A DNA stretch of 64,000 nucleotides from Clostridia bacterium (GTDB lineage: Bacteria; Bacillota; Clostridia; Christensenellales; QALW01). Below are positions 17,920 through 27,385 of this stretch, piece by piece. The stretch lies in NCBI GenBank assembly GCA_045630945.1, contig JAZQTV010000108.1, positions 39,094 to 103,093 of the forward strand. The letters are read 5' to 3'. The position numbers were made by a program, and so were the translations under genes. The notes under the pieces were generated by a model. That model was given only the letters and a program-made list of their open reading frames with translations, ran no database searches and had not been told where the DNA came from. Every line of letters begins with the position of its first letter. The first letter of the stretch is position 1.

Positions 17920-18924
17920 TTATTTTTCAGGATATCTTATCTTAACAGGCATACCCGTTTTTGTTGATTCAACTGCGGCAACGCATACCGCAACGGTGGA
18001 AGCACCGTCATACGCGGTAACAGGAGCTTTTCCGTCGCTTTTTATTGCAGCAATAAGTTCCTTTAATTCCTGTTCAACGTTGTGGTTTGAAACTGCAACC
18101 TCAATCCTTTGGGGTGTAGTATAATCGTCACCGTTAAAGAGTGTAATAAAATCGGAAGTATTATCCGCTATAATAGTACCCGTTGTGCCGTAGAATACCG
18201 AACGCATAGTATAATTGCGCCTACAACCGATGGAGCAGAACACCTTACCTATAACGTTATTGGGGAACTGGAATACCGCAATGGTCGTATCATCCACAGG
18301 CCAATCGGTAAGTACCTTGTGGTTAGCCTTTGCATAAACCTCGTAGGGATCGCCTGCAATCCATCTTAAAAGGTCGATTGCGTGGCAACCGCCGCCGATT
18401 ATCCCGTGGCGTTCGGGTGTAACGCGCCAATCGTTATAGCCCCTTGCAACACCGTAATTATGTGCATATTCGCTTTCTACAAAGGTCAGTTCGCCGATAG
18501 CACCACTATCAATAAGCTCCTTAACCTTCACAAAGCCGGGTGCAACACGACATACCTGACCAACGGTAAGTATTTTACCTGCTTCCTTTGCAGTTTTCAT
18601 CATATCCTCGCATTCCTCAAGCGTAAGTGCAAGAGGCTTTTCGCACAGGACGTGCTTGCCTGCCTTAAGGAACGCATTTACCATTTCTCTGTGATACTGA
18701 TCGGGCACGCAAATTACCACACCGTCAATATTTTCATCGTCAACCAACTCTTTATAATCTGTTACTGCACGAACGGGTGAATATTTATTCTTTGCATTTT
18801 CTGCTCTTTCAGGTGCTGAATCGCAAACTGCGTAAAGATTCATTCCGTTTGAGATAACGCTCTGTATGTGAAGCTCACCCATAGGACTTGCGCCAACAAC
18901 CGCAAAATTAAACTTTTCTCTCAT
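17920..18924 (-). CDS. Gfo/Idh/MocA family oxidoreductase (copy 2, tandem paralog)
   Basis: FAVVGASPMG, LCEKPLAL and GGGCHAIDLLRWIAGDPYEVYA are shared with copy 1. Confidence 0.8.
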   Translation of the reverse strand: MREKFNFAVVGASPMGELHIQSVISNGMNLYAVCDSAPERAENAKNKYSPVRAVTDYKELVDDENIDGVVICVPDQYHREMVNAFLKAGKHVLCEKPLALTLEECEDMMKTAKEAGKILTVGQVCRVAPGFVKVKELIDSGAIGELTFVESEYAHNYGVARGYNDWRVTPERHGIIGGGCHAIDLLRWIAGDPYEVYAKANHKVLTDWPVDDTTIAVFQFPNNVIGKVFCSIGCRRNYTMRSVFYGTTGTIIADNTSDFITLFNGDDYTTPQRIEVAVSNHNVEQELKELIAAIKSDGKAPVTAYDGASTVAVCVAAVESTKTGMPVKIRYPEK

Positions 18925-19021
18925 TTTTGTTTACTTCCTTTCTTGATTGTGATATAATTTTATCATAAATCAAAGGACTTTTCAACATTCATATGTTGGT
19001 TCTTTTCCTCAATTTGTTGTT

Positions 19022-19843
19022 TTGGTGATAGCTATGATATATGAAAACGTAACGAAAAAATATCACGACGGCCCTATTTTATACTATTGCGGTGAAGACG
19101 TTAACCTGTGCCCAGGTGCAAAATACGGCCCTGTAATTCGTGACGTATATATTGTGGAATGCTGCACGGGCGGCTTTGGTACGTTTTCGGTAAACGGAAC
19201 TGTGTTTGACGTTAAGCCGGGCGATTGCTACGTGCTTATGCCCGGTGATACCATTATTCAGACGGCAGACGTAAAAGAACCGCGCCGCGGATTCTGGTGT
19301 GCTATTGACGGAAGTATGCTGCACAGGGTACTAAAATCAACGGGTATTACAAGCCAGATGCCATTTGCGCCCAAGGAAGCCTTCGACGAGGTGTGCGAGC
19401 TTGTACGTTCGCTTGTTATAACTCGGCACGAGGACGATCCCGGTGCAGAAATGCGCAGGTCTGCAAAAATTTACGCTATTCTCGGTGCGCTGATGCGTTA
19501 TTCGGGCGAAAGCAACAAAAACGCCTTTATTCAAAAGGCGGTAGGTATAATGGAGTTAAACTACCACCAAAGTATTTCGGTAGAAGATATTGCCGCAATA
19601 ATCGGTCTTGACCGCACGTATTTTTCAACGCTTTTCAAGAAGGAAACGGGCACGACACCGCACCATTACCTTACCGCATTAAGAATACGCAAAGCCTCGG
19701 TGTTATTAAAACAGGCCTCGTCCTCGGTGGGCGATGTTGCCGTATCCGTGGGACTTGACAACAAAAACTTTTCACGAATCTTTAAAAAAGAAACAGGACT
19801 TACACCCTGCGAATATCAAAACAAGCATAAAAAGGAGATTTAA
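19022..19843 (+). CDS. AraC family transcriptional regulator (cupin sensor + HTH)
   Basis: The C-terminal double HTH (SVEDIAAIIGLDRTYFSTLFKKETGTTPHHYL...FSRIFKKETGLTPCEY) supports the call. It is divergent from the oxidoreductase/GH78 operon. The start is ambiguous: TTG 19022 or ATG 19034. Confidence 0.8.
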   Translation: MVIAMIYENVTKKYHDGPILYYCGEDVNLCPGAKYGPVIRDVYIVECCTGGFGTFSVNGTVFDVKPGDCYVLMPGDTIIQTADVKEPRRGFWCAIDGSMLHRVLKSTGITSQMPFAPKEAFDEVCELVRSLVITRHEDDPGAEMRRSAKIYAILGALMRYSGESNKNAFIQKAVGIMELNYHQSISVEDIAAIIGLDRTYFSTLFKKETGTTPHHYLTALRIRKASVLLKQASSSVGDVAVSVGLDNKNFSRIFKKETGLTPCEYQNKHKKEI

Positions 19844-19844
19844 A

Positions 19845-20666
19845 ATGAAGCTTACCTACCTTGGCACTGCCGCCGCCGAAGGATTTCCTGCCGTTTTTTG
19901 CAACTGCAAATTCTGTAACGAAGCAAGACGCTTAAAGGGCAAAAATATCCGCACTCGCTCACAGGCAATAATAAACGACGACCTGCTTATAGATCTTTCT
20001 GCCGATACGTATCACCACTTTTTGCAAAACGGCATTGAGGGTGACAAAATAAAATATTTATTCGTTACCCACGGTCATCAGGACCATATGTATATTGAAG
20101 AGCTTGCTATGCACGGAAGCTGTTATGCCCATGACCTTCGCGCAGACCGCCTTGACGTGTTTGGCGGAAGCCGTGTAGAAGAGATATTCTACGGCAATAA
20201 GGACGTTTCAAACAACGTTTTCTTTAACCCCATAAAAGCATTTGAAACAAAGGAAGCAGGCAATTACAAGCTTACTGCACTTCCTGCAAGGCATATGCTT
20301 AACACCGATGCGTTCTTCTATATTATAGAGGAAGACGGAAAGTGCATTCTTTACGCCCACGATACAGGATACTTTTATGAGGAGGTATTCGCCTTTATTA
20401 AGGAAAAAGGCTTTAAGTTTGACCTTATAAGCTATGATTGCACCAACATAGATATTAAAATTTCAGACGAAGGCACACACATGGGCATTGATAACATTGT
20501 ACGCGTGCGCGCACGTTTAGGTGAGCTTGGCGCATTAAAGGATAACACCAAGCACGTAATAAATCATTTTTCACACAATGCAAATCCCCTGCACCACGTG
20601 CTTGAGGAACGCGTAAAGGACCTTGATTTTCTTGTTTCCTTTGACGGAATGACGGTAGAAATTTAG
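19845..20666 (+). CDS. MBL-fold metallo-hydrolase (PhnP-like)
   Basis: Start at ATG 19845 (MKLTYLGTAAAEGFPAVFCNCKFC) after the AAGGAG RBS. It carries the HGHQDH metallo-beta-lactamase motif. Confidence 0.7.
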   Translation: MKLTYLGTAAAEGFPAVFCNCKFCNEARRLKGKNIRTRSQAIINDDLLIDLSADTYHHFLQNGIEGDKIKYLFVTHGHQDHMYIEELAMHGSCYAHDLRADRLDVFGGSRVEEIFYGNKDVSNNVFFNPIKAFETKEAGNYKLTALPARHMLNTDAFFYIIEEDGKCILYAHDTGYFYEEVFAFIKEKGFKFDLISYDCTNIDIKISDEGTHMGIDNIVRVRARLGELGALKDNTKHVINHFSHNANPLHHVLEERVKDLDFLVSFDGMTVEI

Positions 20667-20686
20667 GCTTTAAGATTCGACATTGC

Positions 20687-20715
20687 TTGACATAAATCGC
20701 ATTGTTTGTTATACT
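20687..20715 (+). promoter_or_regulatory. Sigma-A-type promoter for the SH3 lipoprotein gene
   Basis: TTGACA(20687-20692), 17-nt spacer, TATACT(20710-20715). Confidence 0.5.
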
Positions 20716-20739
20716 CCCTCTTGAAAAGAGGCGAACCCT

Positions 20740-21912
20740 ATGAAAAAATTACTCGCGCTGTTTATGGCAATGCTTTCAATCCTTATTGCCGTTGGTTGCG
20801 CTAAAGAAACACCTGTTGGTCAGGAAGTGCCTACACAACAAATTACACAGGCACCTACTCAAGCACCTACCGAAGTACCCACACCCACGCTTGTTCCCGA
20901 GGAAACGACTACACCCACACCCGATCAGGCGCCTTCACCCGTTGCAACACCTGAGCCCACAAAGGTACCCGAGGTGGATTTTACAAAGTTCACAATTATG
21001 TACGTTTCAGGTTCAACGGTAAACGTAAGGGAAAGTGCTTCCAAATCAAGCAAAAAGATTACTGCACTTCCTATAAATACCGAGGTTAAGGCATACTTAA
21101 ATGAAAACGGCTGGTATTACGTAAGCTATGATGACGGTGCATACGGCTATATGTCGGCAGATTATCTTAAGACACAGCCTGTCGCAACACCCGCACCTAC
21201 GCCCGTGATAACACCTTCACCCCTTCCCGATTATAAGCCTAACACCAACCTTGACATCAATGATAACGTTTTCCTTGATGCACTTGAATACACGGGCTAC
21301 AACCTTAAAAAGCACCGCGAAGACGGTAATATGTGGGTATTCATTTTAGGAAAGTACAAGCAAGGCTTAGGCTATCTTTCAGGACTTGGCTACGACTACG
21401 GTAAAAGCACAGGCTATGAAACAAACGAAAACGGGAAGCCCGATATTGCACGTTTCAAAAAACGCGGCGGTCTTGTTTGCGCTTCATACCTTACCTACGT
21501 TTATTTTAACTATCTGCCCAACGTTGCAGGTATAGACACCTCACACCTTACCCGTCCCGAATATCCCTGCTCGGCACAGTCATGGCGACTTGCCGCAAAG
21601 GATTGGGTTAAAAAGGGACTTTCACGCAACATAAGCTTTACCGCTACGCGCCGTTCAAACGGAACGGTAGTGTTTAACCCCAGCGAGCCTATCCCCGTTG
21701 GTTCAATCGTGGTGTTTAAGGTGTACGGTAATTCCGATTCCTCTGCGGCACGTCACGTTGCGCTTTATGCAGGTAACGCAGGCGGATATCATTGGCTTAC
21801 CCACGTTGGTAATGAACGCGGTCCCGAGATGATAACAGTTGAAAATATGGGCTTTGGTTCCACACCCGAAATACCCGTAGAAATTATCACCCCACCGATA
21901 AGCTTTGAATAA
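20740..21912 (+). CDS. Lipoprotein with Pro/Thr-rich linkers, SH3b domain and a C-terminal NlpC/P60-like (papain-fold) domain
   Basis: Signal peptide plus lipobox (LIAVGC). The PT-rich linker is QAPTQAPTEVPTPT.... The SH3b-like segment is VNVRESASKSSKKITALPINTEVKAY..NGWYYVSY. The C-terminal GGLVCASYLTYVY...HVALYAG fits a Cys/His peptidase arrangement. Confidence 0.55.
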   Translation: MKKLLALFMAMLSILIAVGCAKETPVGQEVPTQQITQAPTQAPTEVPTPTLVPEETTTPTPDQAPSPVATPEPTKVPEVDFTKFTIMYVSGSTVNVRESASKSSKKITALPINTEVKAYLNENGWYYVSYDDGAYGYMSADYLKTQPVATPAPTPVITPSPLPDYKPNTNLDINDNVFLDALEYTGYNLKKHREDGNMWVFILGKYKQGLGYLSGLGYDYGKSTGYETNENGKPDIARFKKRGGLVCASYLTYVYFNYLPNVAGIDTSHLTRPEYPCSAQSWRLAAKDWVKKGLSRNISFTATRRSNGTVVFNPSEPIPVGSIVVFKVYGNSDSSAARHVALYAGNAGGYHWLTHVGNERGPEMITVENMGFGSTPEIPVEIITPPISFE

Positions 21913-21930
21913 AAAAACCGCAGGCAACGG

Positions 21931-22710
21931 TTAAATTTTCCGATAGCCTGCAGTAAGATCCATAGTTCCGCCATTTATAATGTAATTTTTAAGCGCTCTT
22001 TGAAGGCTTGTGTCTTCGGGAGCGTTTTTTATATTTTCCTTTTTAAAGCCGAATCCGAAAACACGCTCTACCGCCTGCGCACTCTCATCCGAAACGAACG
22101 GAATGGGTGTCCACATACGCATAAACTGTACCACGTTTGATTCAGGCTTCATTATCTTTTCAAGGTTGGGATTTAAAAGCCACGAATCGCACATAAAATA
22201 ATGCAGCTTGGTTTCGGGAAAAATCTTATTAAAGAATTCCTTTGCCATTTCAAACGATTCAAGGCACGCCTGCGCATTAAGGGGTTCGCCCTGCGGAATA
22301 TGCGTTTCTATTGCGTATTCGCCCTCGGGCACACCCTGAAGGCTTTTTTCAAGCCTATACTGGAGCCTTCCCAACTTAAAAAGGTCGCCTGTGTAGTGAT
22401 ACCTGAGCCACGAAAACTCGCCAAGCCCCGTTTTGCCCGTTGCCTGCTTATAGTTATCAAACCACACGTTTATATCCTTAAGGGTGGCAATGGTTATTTC
22501 CCTTGAAATACCGCGCTCAAGATTCTTTTTTATTGCATAATCGGTAAGATATTTCAGCACGTACATCTGAAGAAGACCTGCCTGAATTTTAACGTCATCA
22601 CCGTTTATAACCTGTTGTGCGATAGCTTTTGCCTCATCATTTTCAGGCTGCTCTGTCAAAATTTTTTTGATTTCGGCATTTTCAATTATTTCATTAAAAA
22701 AAACGTCCAT
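21931..22710 (-). CDS. Acyltransferase-domain (GNAT-like, DUF5596-type) protein
   Basis: Start at ATG 22710 (MDVFFNEI). LGRLQY...THIPQGEPL...FP...YFMCDSWLLNP resembles this family by eye. The call is tentative. Confidence 0.4.
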   Translation of the reverse strand: MDVFFNEIIENAEIKKILTEQPENDEAKAIAQQVINGDDVKIQAGLLQMYVLKYLTDYAIKKNLERGISREITIATLKDINVWFDNYKQATGKTGLGEFSWLRYHYTGDLFKLGRLQYRLEKSLQGVPEGEYAIETHIPQGEPLNAQACLESFEMAKEFFNKIFPETKLHYFMCDSWLLNPNLEKIMKPESNVVQFMRMWTPIPFVSDESAQAVERVFGFGFKKENIKNAPEDTSLQRALKNYIINGGTMDLTAGYRKI

Positions 22711-22711
22711 T

Positions 22712-23566
22712 TTACTTATTGATCTGCGGAAGAATATGCGAAACCTCGTCACCCTTTAAAAACCGCATTAAATTCCCTTCGTAAATTTTTTCGCGCACGG
22801 CATCGGATACACCTAATTCATCCATTATTCCGTTATCTATCCTGAGCCATTTTTCAGCCCATTCGGGATGATAGTCCTCTGCCAACGAATCGGTGCCAAA
22901 CATTATGTTGTCTTCAACGTCATAGCCCACGGTGAAAAGCTTTGTAATTAGCTCCTTCCTGTATATTTCAGGGGTGCCGGGGGTAATATCAAAAAACATC
23001 TCGCTTCGTTTTTCGGTATTGTAATAATTAAGGAATTTTCCGTACACGGCAATACATTCATCTATCCAAGGCCACGAGCAATGTCCCATAGAAAACTTTA
23101 CGTTTTTGAATTCAAGAAGGCTTTCCCACTCGCAAGGGCGGTTATATTTTGAGCTTGCACGTCCGCTCCACAAAATTCCCGTATGAAAAAGAACGGGCTT
23201 TTTTGTTTTTTCTATTTGCTCAAGCATACGCATACAAGCAGGATCGCTTACGTAAAAATTATCGCATATGATTTTAAACGCTGCTATGCCTTCTTCAGCC
23301 GCATTGGATATCCTGTTTAATACGTCGTCCTCTTCCGGATGCACCCACAGTATAGGAATAAGTCTGCCGTTGGAATTCTTCGTCCAATCAAGCACGCTTT
23401 TAAGGCGTTCCTTATATTCAAGTTTCAAAAGTGGTGCCTTTGACTGTAAGGGGCAGGGCGAAATAAGACCGCCGCCGTATACGCCTGCCATTTCCATTTT
23501 TTCAAGCAAATTATTTTTATCACCATCCATACTGTTAATATGAATGTGCATATCAAATATCTTCAC
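22712..23566 (-). CDS. Amidohydrolase-family (TIM-barrel metal-dependent hydrolase) protein
   Basis: MKIFDMHIHIN (HxH metal motif), an internal HTG/GHCSWP segment and FGTD near the C-terminus. Confidence 0.7.
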   Translation of the reverse strand: MKIFDMHIHINSMDGDKNNLLEKMEMAGVYGGGLISPCPLQSKAPLLKLEYKERLKSVLDWTKNSNGRLIPILWVHPEEDDVLNRISNAAEEGIAAFKIICDNFYVSDPACMRMLEQIEKTKKPVLFHTGILWSGRASSKYNRPCEWESLLEFKNVKFSMGHCSWPWIDECIAVYGKFLNYYNTEKRSEMFFDITPGTPEIYRKELITKLFTVGYDVEDNIMFGTDSLAEDYHPEWAEKWLRIDNGIMDELGVSDAVREKIYEGNLMRFLKGDEVSHILPQINK

Positions 23567-24303
23567 TAAAGTTTCTCCATCTCGCTTAATTCTGTTTTTT
23601 CGAATTTATCGTTCAAATATACATTGTTATTGATTTTTTCGAATTCGTCAAAGTACCTTAAGCCAAACTCATAAAGCGCATCCGAGTTAAAATGCAGGTT
23701 ATCCTCTTTACCCTTTAAACCCTCGGCACTTACAAAGCCTATACGCTCATCATCCGCTGCAATGCTTTTAAGCTGCTTGTTTACTTCTACATAAAGCGAA
23801 CGGTCGGTACTGCCTGCATAATCCTTAAGGAAATCACCAAGTCCGCCTACAAGCACGGGCACATCAAGTCCAAGATCACTTTTTAACGAGCTTATCATCT
23901 CATTAAAGCGTTCCTTATAGGTTGCGGCAAGATGGTCGTAACAGTCACTTTCACCCTGATGCCACAAAATACCTGCAACGGTAGAAGAACGCATTGCAAG
24001 CTTGGTCTGATATACTGCGTTATCGTAAAGCACCGAACCCTTCTTCCACTGTTCAAGCTTTGTGCCGCCGTCTGCGCAGGGAATAAGGCCTACGTCACAG
24101 CCGTACTTTTTTGCACAAGCTTCAGCAAAGCTTTCTGCAAGGCATACACCCGAAAATGACCTGTCCGGATTAACCGGGCGAAACATATTTAAAAATCTTC
24201 CGTTTCTCAAAATAAATATACGCGATGTGTCAATAGGCCTTGCTTCCGAAATAACTCCTCTGCCCGCCATATTGGATTGACCTATAAGAAGAAACGATAT
24301 CAT
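23566..24303 (-). CDS. Sialate O-acetylesterase-like (SASA/DUF303) carbohydrate esterase
   Basis: LLIGQSNMAGRG (GQSN nucleophile block), WHQGESD and LHFN motifs. Confidence 0.7.
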   Translation of the reverse strand: MISFLLIGQSNMAGRGVISEARPIDTSRIFILRNGRFLNMFRPVNPDRSFSGVCLAESFAEACAKKYGCDVGLIPCADGGTKLEQWKKGSVLYDNAVYQTKLAMRSSTVAGILWHQGESDCYDHLAATYKERFNEMISSLKSDLGLDVPVLVGGLGDFLKDYAGSTDRSLYVEVNKQLKSIAADDERIGFVSAEGLKGKEDNLHFNSDALYEFGLRYFDEFEKINNNVYLNDKFEKTELSEMEKL

Positions 24304-24442
24304 TTAAACTATTCCCCTTCAAAAAAAGATTCCTTTATTATGATACCATATCAAAACAAATTTTTCAATAAGTAATTGCATTTAATCTTCGTATGATTTA
24401 TAATATATTAAATATCTCAACAAATATTTAAGAGGTGAACTG

Positions 24443-25291
24443 ATGAAGCTTATCGAAACATCCCCGTTTGTACGTTTTGCATACAAAGTCCGTCTGAAAT
24501 CAGGGTCGCCCTCCGTTGCCAGTGATATGCGCCTTTTTTACGTTATTGACGGTGAAGGAAGCATTATTGTCGACGGCACAAAGCATTCGTTTTCTCCCGG
24601 CACCGTAATGGTGTGGCAGGCAGGTGTAAGCTATACGTTGTCTTCCGAAACGCTTACGTCGGTAATCTCCATCAATTTCGATTACACCGCAGACGGTGCT
24701 TCACATACTATGCCCTATCCGGTGCTTGATGCAACGAAAAAGGAAAGCTTCCAGGGTATTACTCCCATAGTTTTTGAAGATTGCCCCGTGTTTAACAAGC
24801 CTATTATCTGCACGGCTAACTCGCTTATTTTTAGTATTCTTGAGCGCATCATCTTTGAAAACACGTCCTGCCAGCCGTTTTACAGAGAGCGCACTTCGGC
24901 GTTGTTAAAGGAATGTCTTGTTTTAATTGCACGCAACGTTTCAACCTCAAGCGATGCACGCTCGGATTCAGCGATTGACAGGGTTCTTGAATACATACAC
25001 AAGAACTATGCTTCAAGCGTGGATAATTTTACATTAGCCAAGATTGCAGGGTATCACCCCTACTATTTAAGCAAGCTTTTTCTTGCCCTTAACGGCATCA
25101 CCCTGCACAAGTACGTTTCAAACTACCGCATTGCAGTTTCGGAGCAGCTATTGCTTTCGACCACCGCTTCGGTAGACGAAATAGCCTTAAAGGTGGGCTT
25201 TTCCTGCGCGTTAAGCTTTTCTTCAAGCTTTAAAAAGAAAAACGGTATGACGCCCACAGAATTCAGAAAGAGATTCGGTTTTACAGTCTGA
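24443..25291 (+). CDS. AraC family transcriptional regulator
   Basis: Cupin-like N-domain followed by a C-terminal AraC HTH (LAKIAGYHPYYLSKLF...FSSSFKKKNGMTPTEFR). It is divergent from the esterase operon. Confidence 0.8.
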   Translation: MKLIETSPFVRFAYKVRLKSGSPSVASDMRLFYVIDGEGSIIVDGTKHSFSPGTVMVWQAGVSYTLSSETLTSVISINFDYTADGASHTMPYPVLDATKKESFQGITPIVFEDCPVFNKPIICTANSLIFSILERIIFENTSCQPFYRERTSALLKECLVLIARNVSTSSDARSDSAIDRVLEYIHKNYASSVDNFTLAKIAGYHPYYLSKLFLALNGITLHKYVSNYRIAVSEQLLLSTTASVDEIALKVGFSCALSFSSSFKKKNGMTPTEFRKRFGFTV

Positions 25292-25974
25292 TGGATAAAT
25301 TAAAGATAATTGCGCATATTTACAACGGATATACCGAAAAATTCGGCATTCCCCGTCAAAGTGGCATCAACGATTCGGTGCTTTCCACCATCGTGTTTGA
25401 AAAGGACTATCTTAACGACGATGCATTAAGGGGCATTGAAGAATATTCGCACCTGTGGCTGTTGTGGTTGTTTTCAAAGAACAATGATGAAAAATGGCGC
25501 CCAACGGTAAGGCCACCCCGTCTTGGCGGCAACAAGCGTGTGGGGGTATTTGCCACACGTTCACCCTACCGTCCCAACGCAATAGGGCTTTCCTCGGTAA
25601 AGCTTATAAAAAAGGAAAAGACCGAAAACGGCACCGTGCTTACCGTTTCAGGTGCAGATATTCTTTCGGGTACACCAATAATAGATATTAAGCCGTACAT
25701 AACATATACGGACAGTCACCCCAACGCAGTATGCGGCTTTGCAGACGAGGTAAAGGATTATCATCTTAACGTTGTTTTTAAGGAAGAGCTTTTAAATAAG
25801 CTTCCCCCTGAGATTCAGCCTGCAGTTATAGCAATGCTTGAAAACGACCCCCGCCCCTCCTACCAAAGCGACGAAGCACGCATTTACGGTATGTGTTACA
25901 GCGGTTATGAAATAAAATTCACTGTTGATGGTGATATTCTGACAGTTTATGATGTTGAATTTTTGAATAAGTAG
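25291..25974 (+). CDS. trmO: tRNA (N6-threonylcarbamoyladenosine(37)-N6)-methyltransferase TrmO (TsaA/YaeB family)
   Basis: FGIPRQ, EYSHLWLLWLF, RPPRLGGNKRVGVFATRSPYRPNAIGLSSVKL and TPIIDIKPY are YaeB/TrmO signatures. Confidence 0.8.
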   Translation: MDKLKIIAHIYNGYTEKFGIPRQSGINDSVLSTIVFEKDYLNDDALRGIEEYSHLWLLWLFSKNNDEKWRPTVRPPRLGGNKRVGVFATRSPYRPNAIGLSSVKLIKKEKTENGTVLTVSGADILSGTPIIDIKPYITYTDSHPNAVCGFADEVKDYHLNVVFKEELLNKLPPEIQPAVIAMLENDPRPSYQSDEARIYGMCYSGYEIKFTVDGDILTVYDVEFLNK

Positions 25975-26015
25975 TGATATACTAATCTTACAAACGTAAT
26001 TAAGAGGATTTTTTT

Positions 26016-27374
26016 ATGAACATTATTATTTCCGGTTGCGGAAAAATAGGCTTATCTATTATAGAAAGCCTTGTGGCTGAGGGTCACGACATAACACTTA
26101 TAGATACTTCCTCGCAGTTGATTGAGGAAACTGCAAACGTACACGATATTATCGGTGTATGCGGCAACTGTACCGACTGTGAGATATTAAAGGAAGCACG
26201 TGTTGAGGATGCGGAGCTTTTCGTTGCCGCAACAGGCTCGGACGAAACCAATATGCTTTCCTGCTTTTTAGCAAAAAGGCTTGGTGCAAGGCAGACCATT
26301 GCAAGAATAAGAAACCCCGAATACAACCAACAGGCAATGGTATTTTTAAGGCAGCAACTTGATCTTTCAATGGTGCTTAATCCTGAGCTTCTTGCCGCGC
26401 ACGAGCTTTATAATATTCTTAAATTCCCCTCGGCTGATAAAATCGAGCATTTTTCAAGACGAAACTTTGAAATGATTGAAATAAGCCTTAAGCCCGATTC
26501 GGTGCTTGACGGAATAAGCCTTATTGAAATGCGCGAAAAATACAAGGCACGCGTTCTTGTATGTGCCGTTCAGCGCGGTGAAGAGGTATTTATCCCTAAC
26601 GGAAGCTTTCGCCTTAAGGGCGGTGATAAATTGGGTATTACCGCTACGGCTTCAGAGATTTCAAAATTCTTTAAGGAAATAAACGTATATCAAAAGCACG
26701 GTAAGGATACGATGATACTTGGCGGAAGCCGTATTGCGCACTATCTTGCCAAGATGCTTATTGCCGACGGAAATACCGTTAAGGTTATTGATATTGACCC
26801 CGAGGTATGCCGTCATTTTTGCGACGAAGTACCTAAAGCTACCGTTGTGTACGGTGACGGTGCAAGGCAGGAGCTTTTGATTGAGGAAGGCATAAAGGAT
26901 ACGGATGCTTTCGTTGCACTTACAGGCATGGATGAGGAAAACATACTTATTTCCGTTCTTGCCCGTTCCTTTGACGTGCCCAAAGTAATTTCAAAGGTAA
27001 ACCGTGACGAATTCCACTTGCTTGCAGAAAATCTTGGGCTTGATACCATTGTTTCGCCCAAGCGCATTGTTGCTGACGTGCTTGTAGGTTACGCACGCGC
27101 GTTAAGAAACTCTCTTGGCAGTAACATTGAAACGCTTTACAGGCTTATGGATGATCACGTTGAAGCTATTGAATTCAAGGTAAACGATGACTTTGGTGCG
27201 ATTGACGTTCAATTAAAGGATATGCGCCTTAAGGAAAATATTCTTATTGCAGGTATAATCCGTGCAAAAAAGCCTATTATCCCAACAGGTAACGACGTTA
27301 TTCTTGCAGGCGACAAGGTAATAATTATTGCCGCTGACAGAAAGATACAGGAAATTTCCGACATTCTTCAATAA
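26016..27374 (+). CDS. trkA: Trk system potassium uptake protein TrkA (two RCK/NAD-binding modules)
   Basis: MNIIISGCGKIG and a second ILGGSRIA Rossmann motif, each followed by a TrkA_C-like segment. Confidence 0.85.
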   Translation: MNIIISGCGKIGLSIIESLVAEGHDITLIDTSSQLIEETANVHDIIGVCGNCTDCEILKEARVEDAELFVAATGSDETNMLSCFLAKRLGARQTIARIRNPEYNQQAMVFLRQQLDLSMVLNPELLAAHELYNILKFPSADKIEHFSRRNFEMIEISLKPDSVLDGISLIEMREKYKARVLVCAVQRGEEVFIPNGSFRLKGGDKLGITATASEISKFFKEINVYQKHGKDTMILGGSRIAHYLAKMLIADGNTVKVIDIDPEVCRHFCDEVPKATVVYGDGARQELLIEEGIKDTDAFVALTGMDEENILISVLARSFDVPKVISKVNRDEFHLLAENLGLDTIVSPKRIVADVLVGYARALRNSLGSNIETLYRLMDDHVEAIEFKVNDDFGAIDVQLKDMRLKENILIAGIIRAKKPIIPTGNDVILAGDKVIIIAADRKIQEISDILQ

Positions 27375-27385
27375 AGGAATTTTTT

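Noticed and set aside
17356-18780. Plus-strand ORFs of 203 aa (17356-17967) and 132 aa (18382-18780)
   Set aside because: They lie antisense to the two Gfo/Idh/MocA genes. Their similarity to each other only mirrors the paralogy of the real genes.
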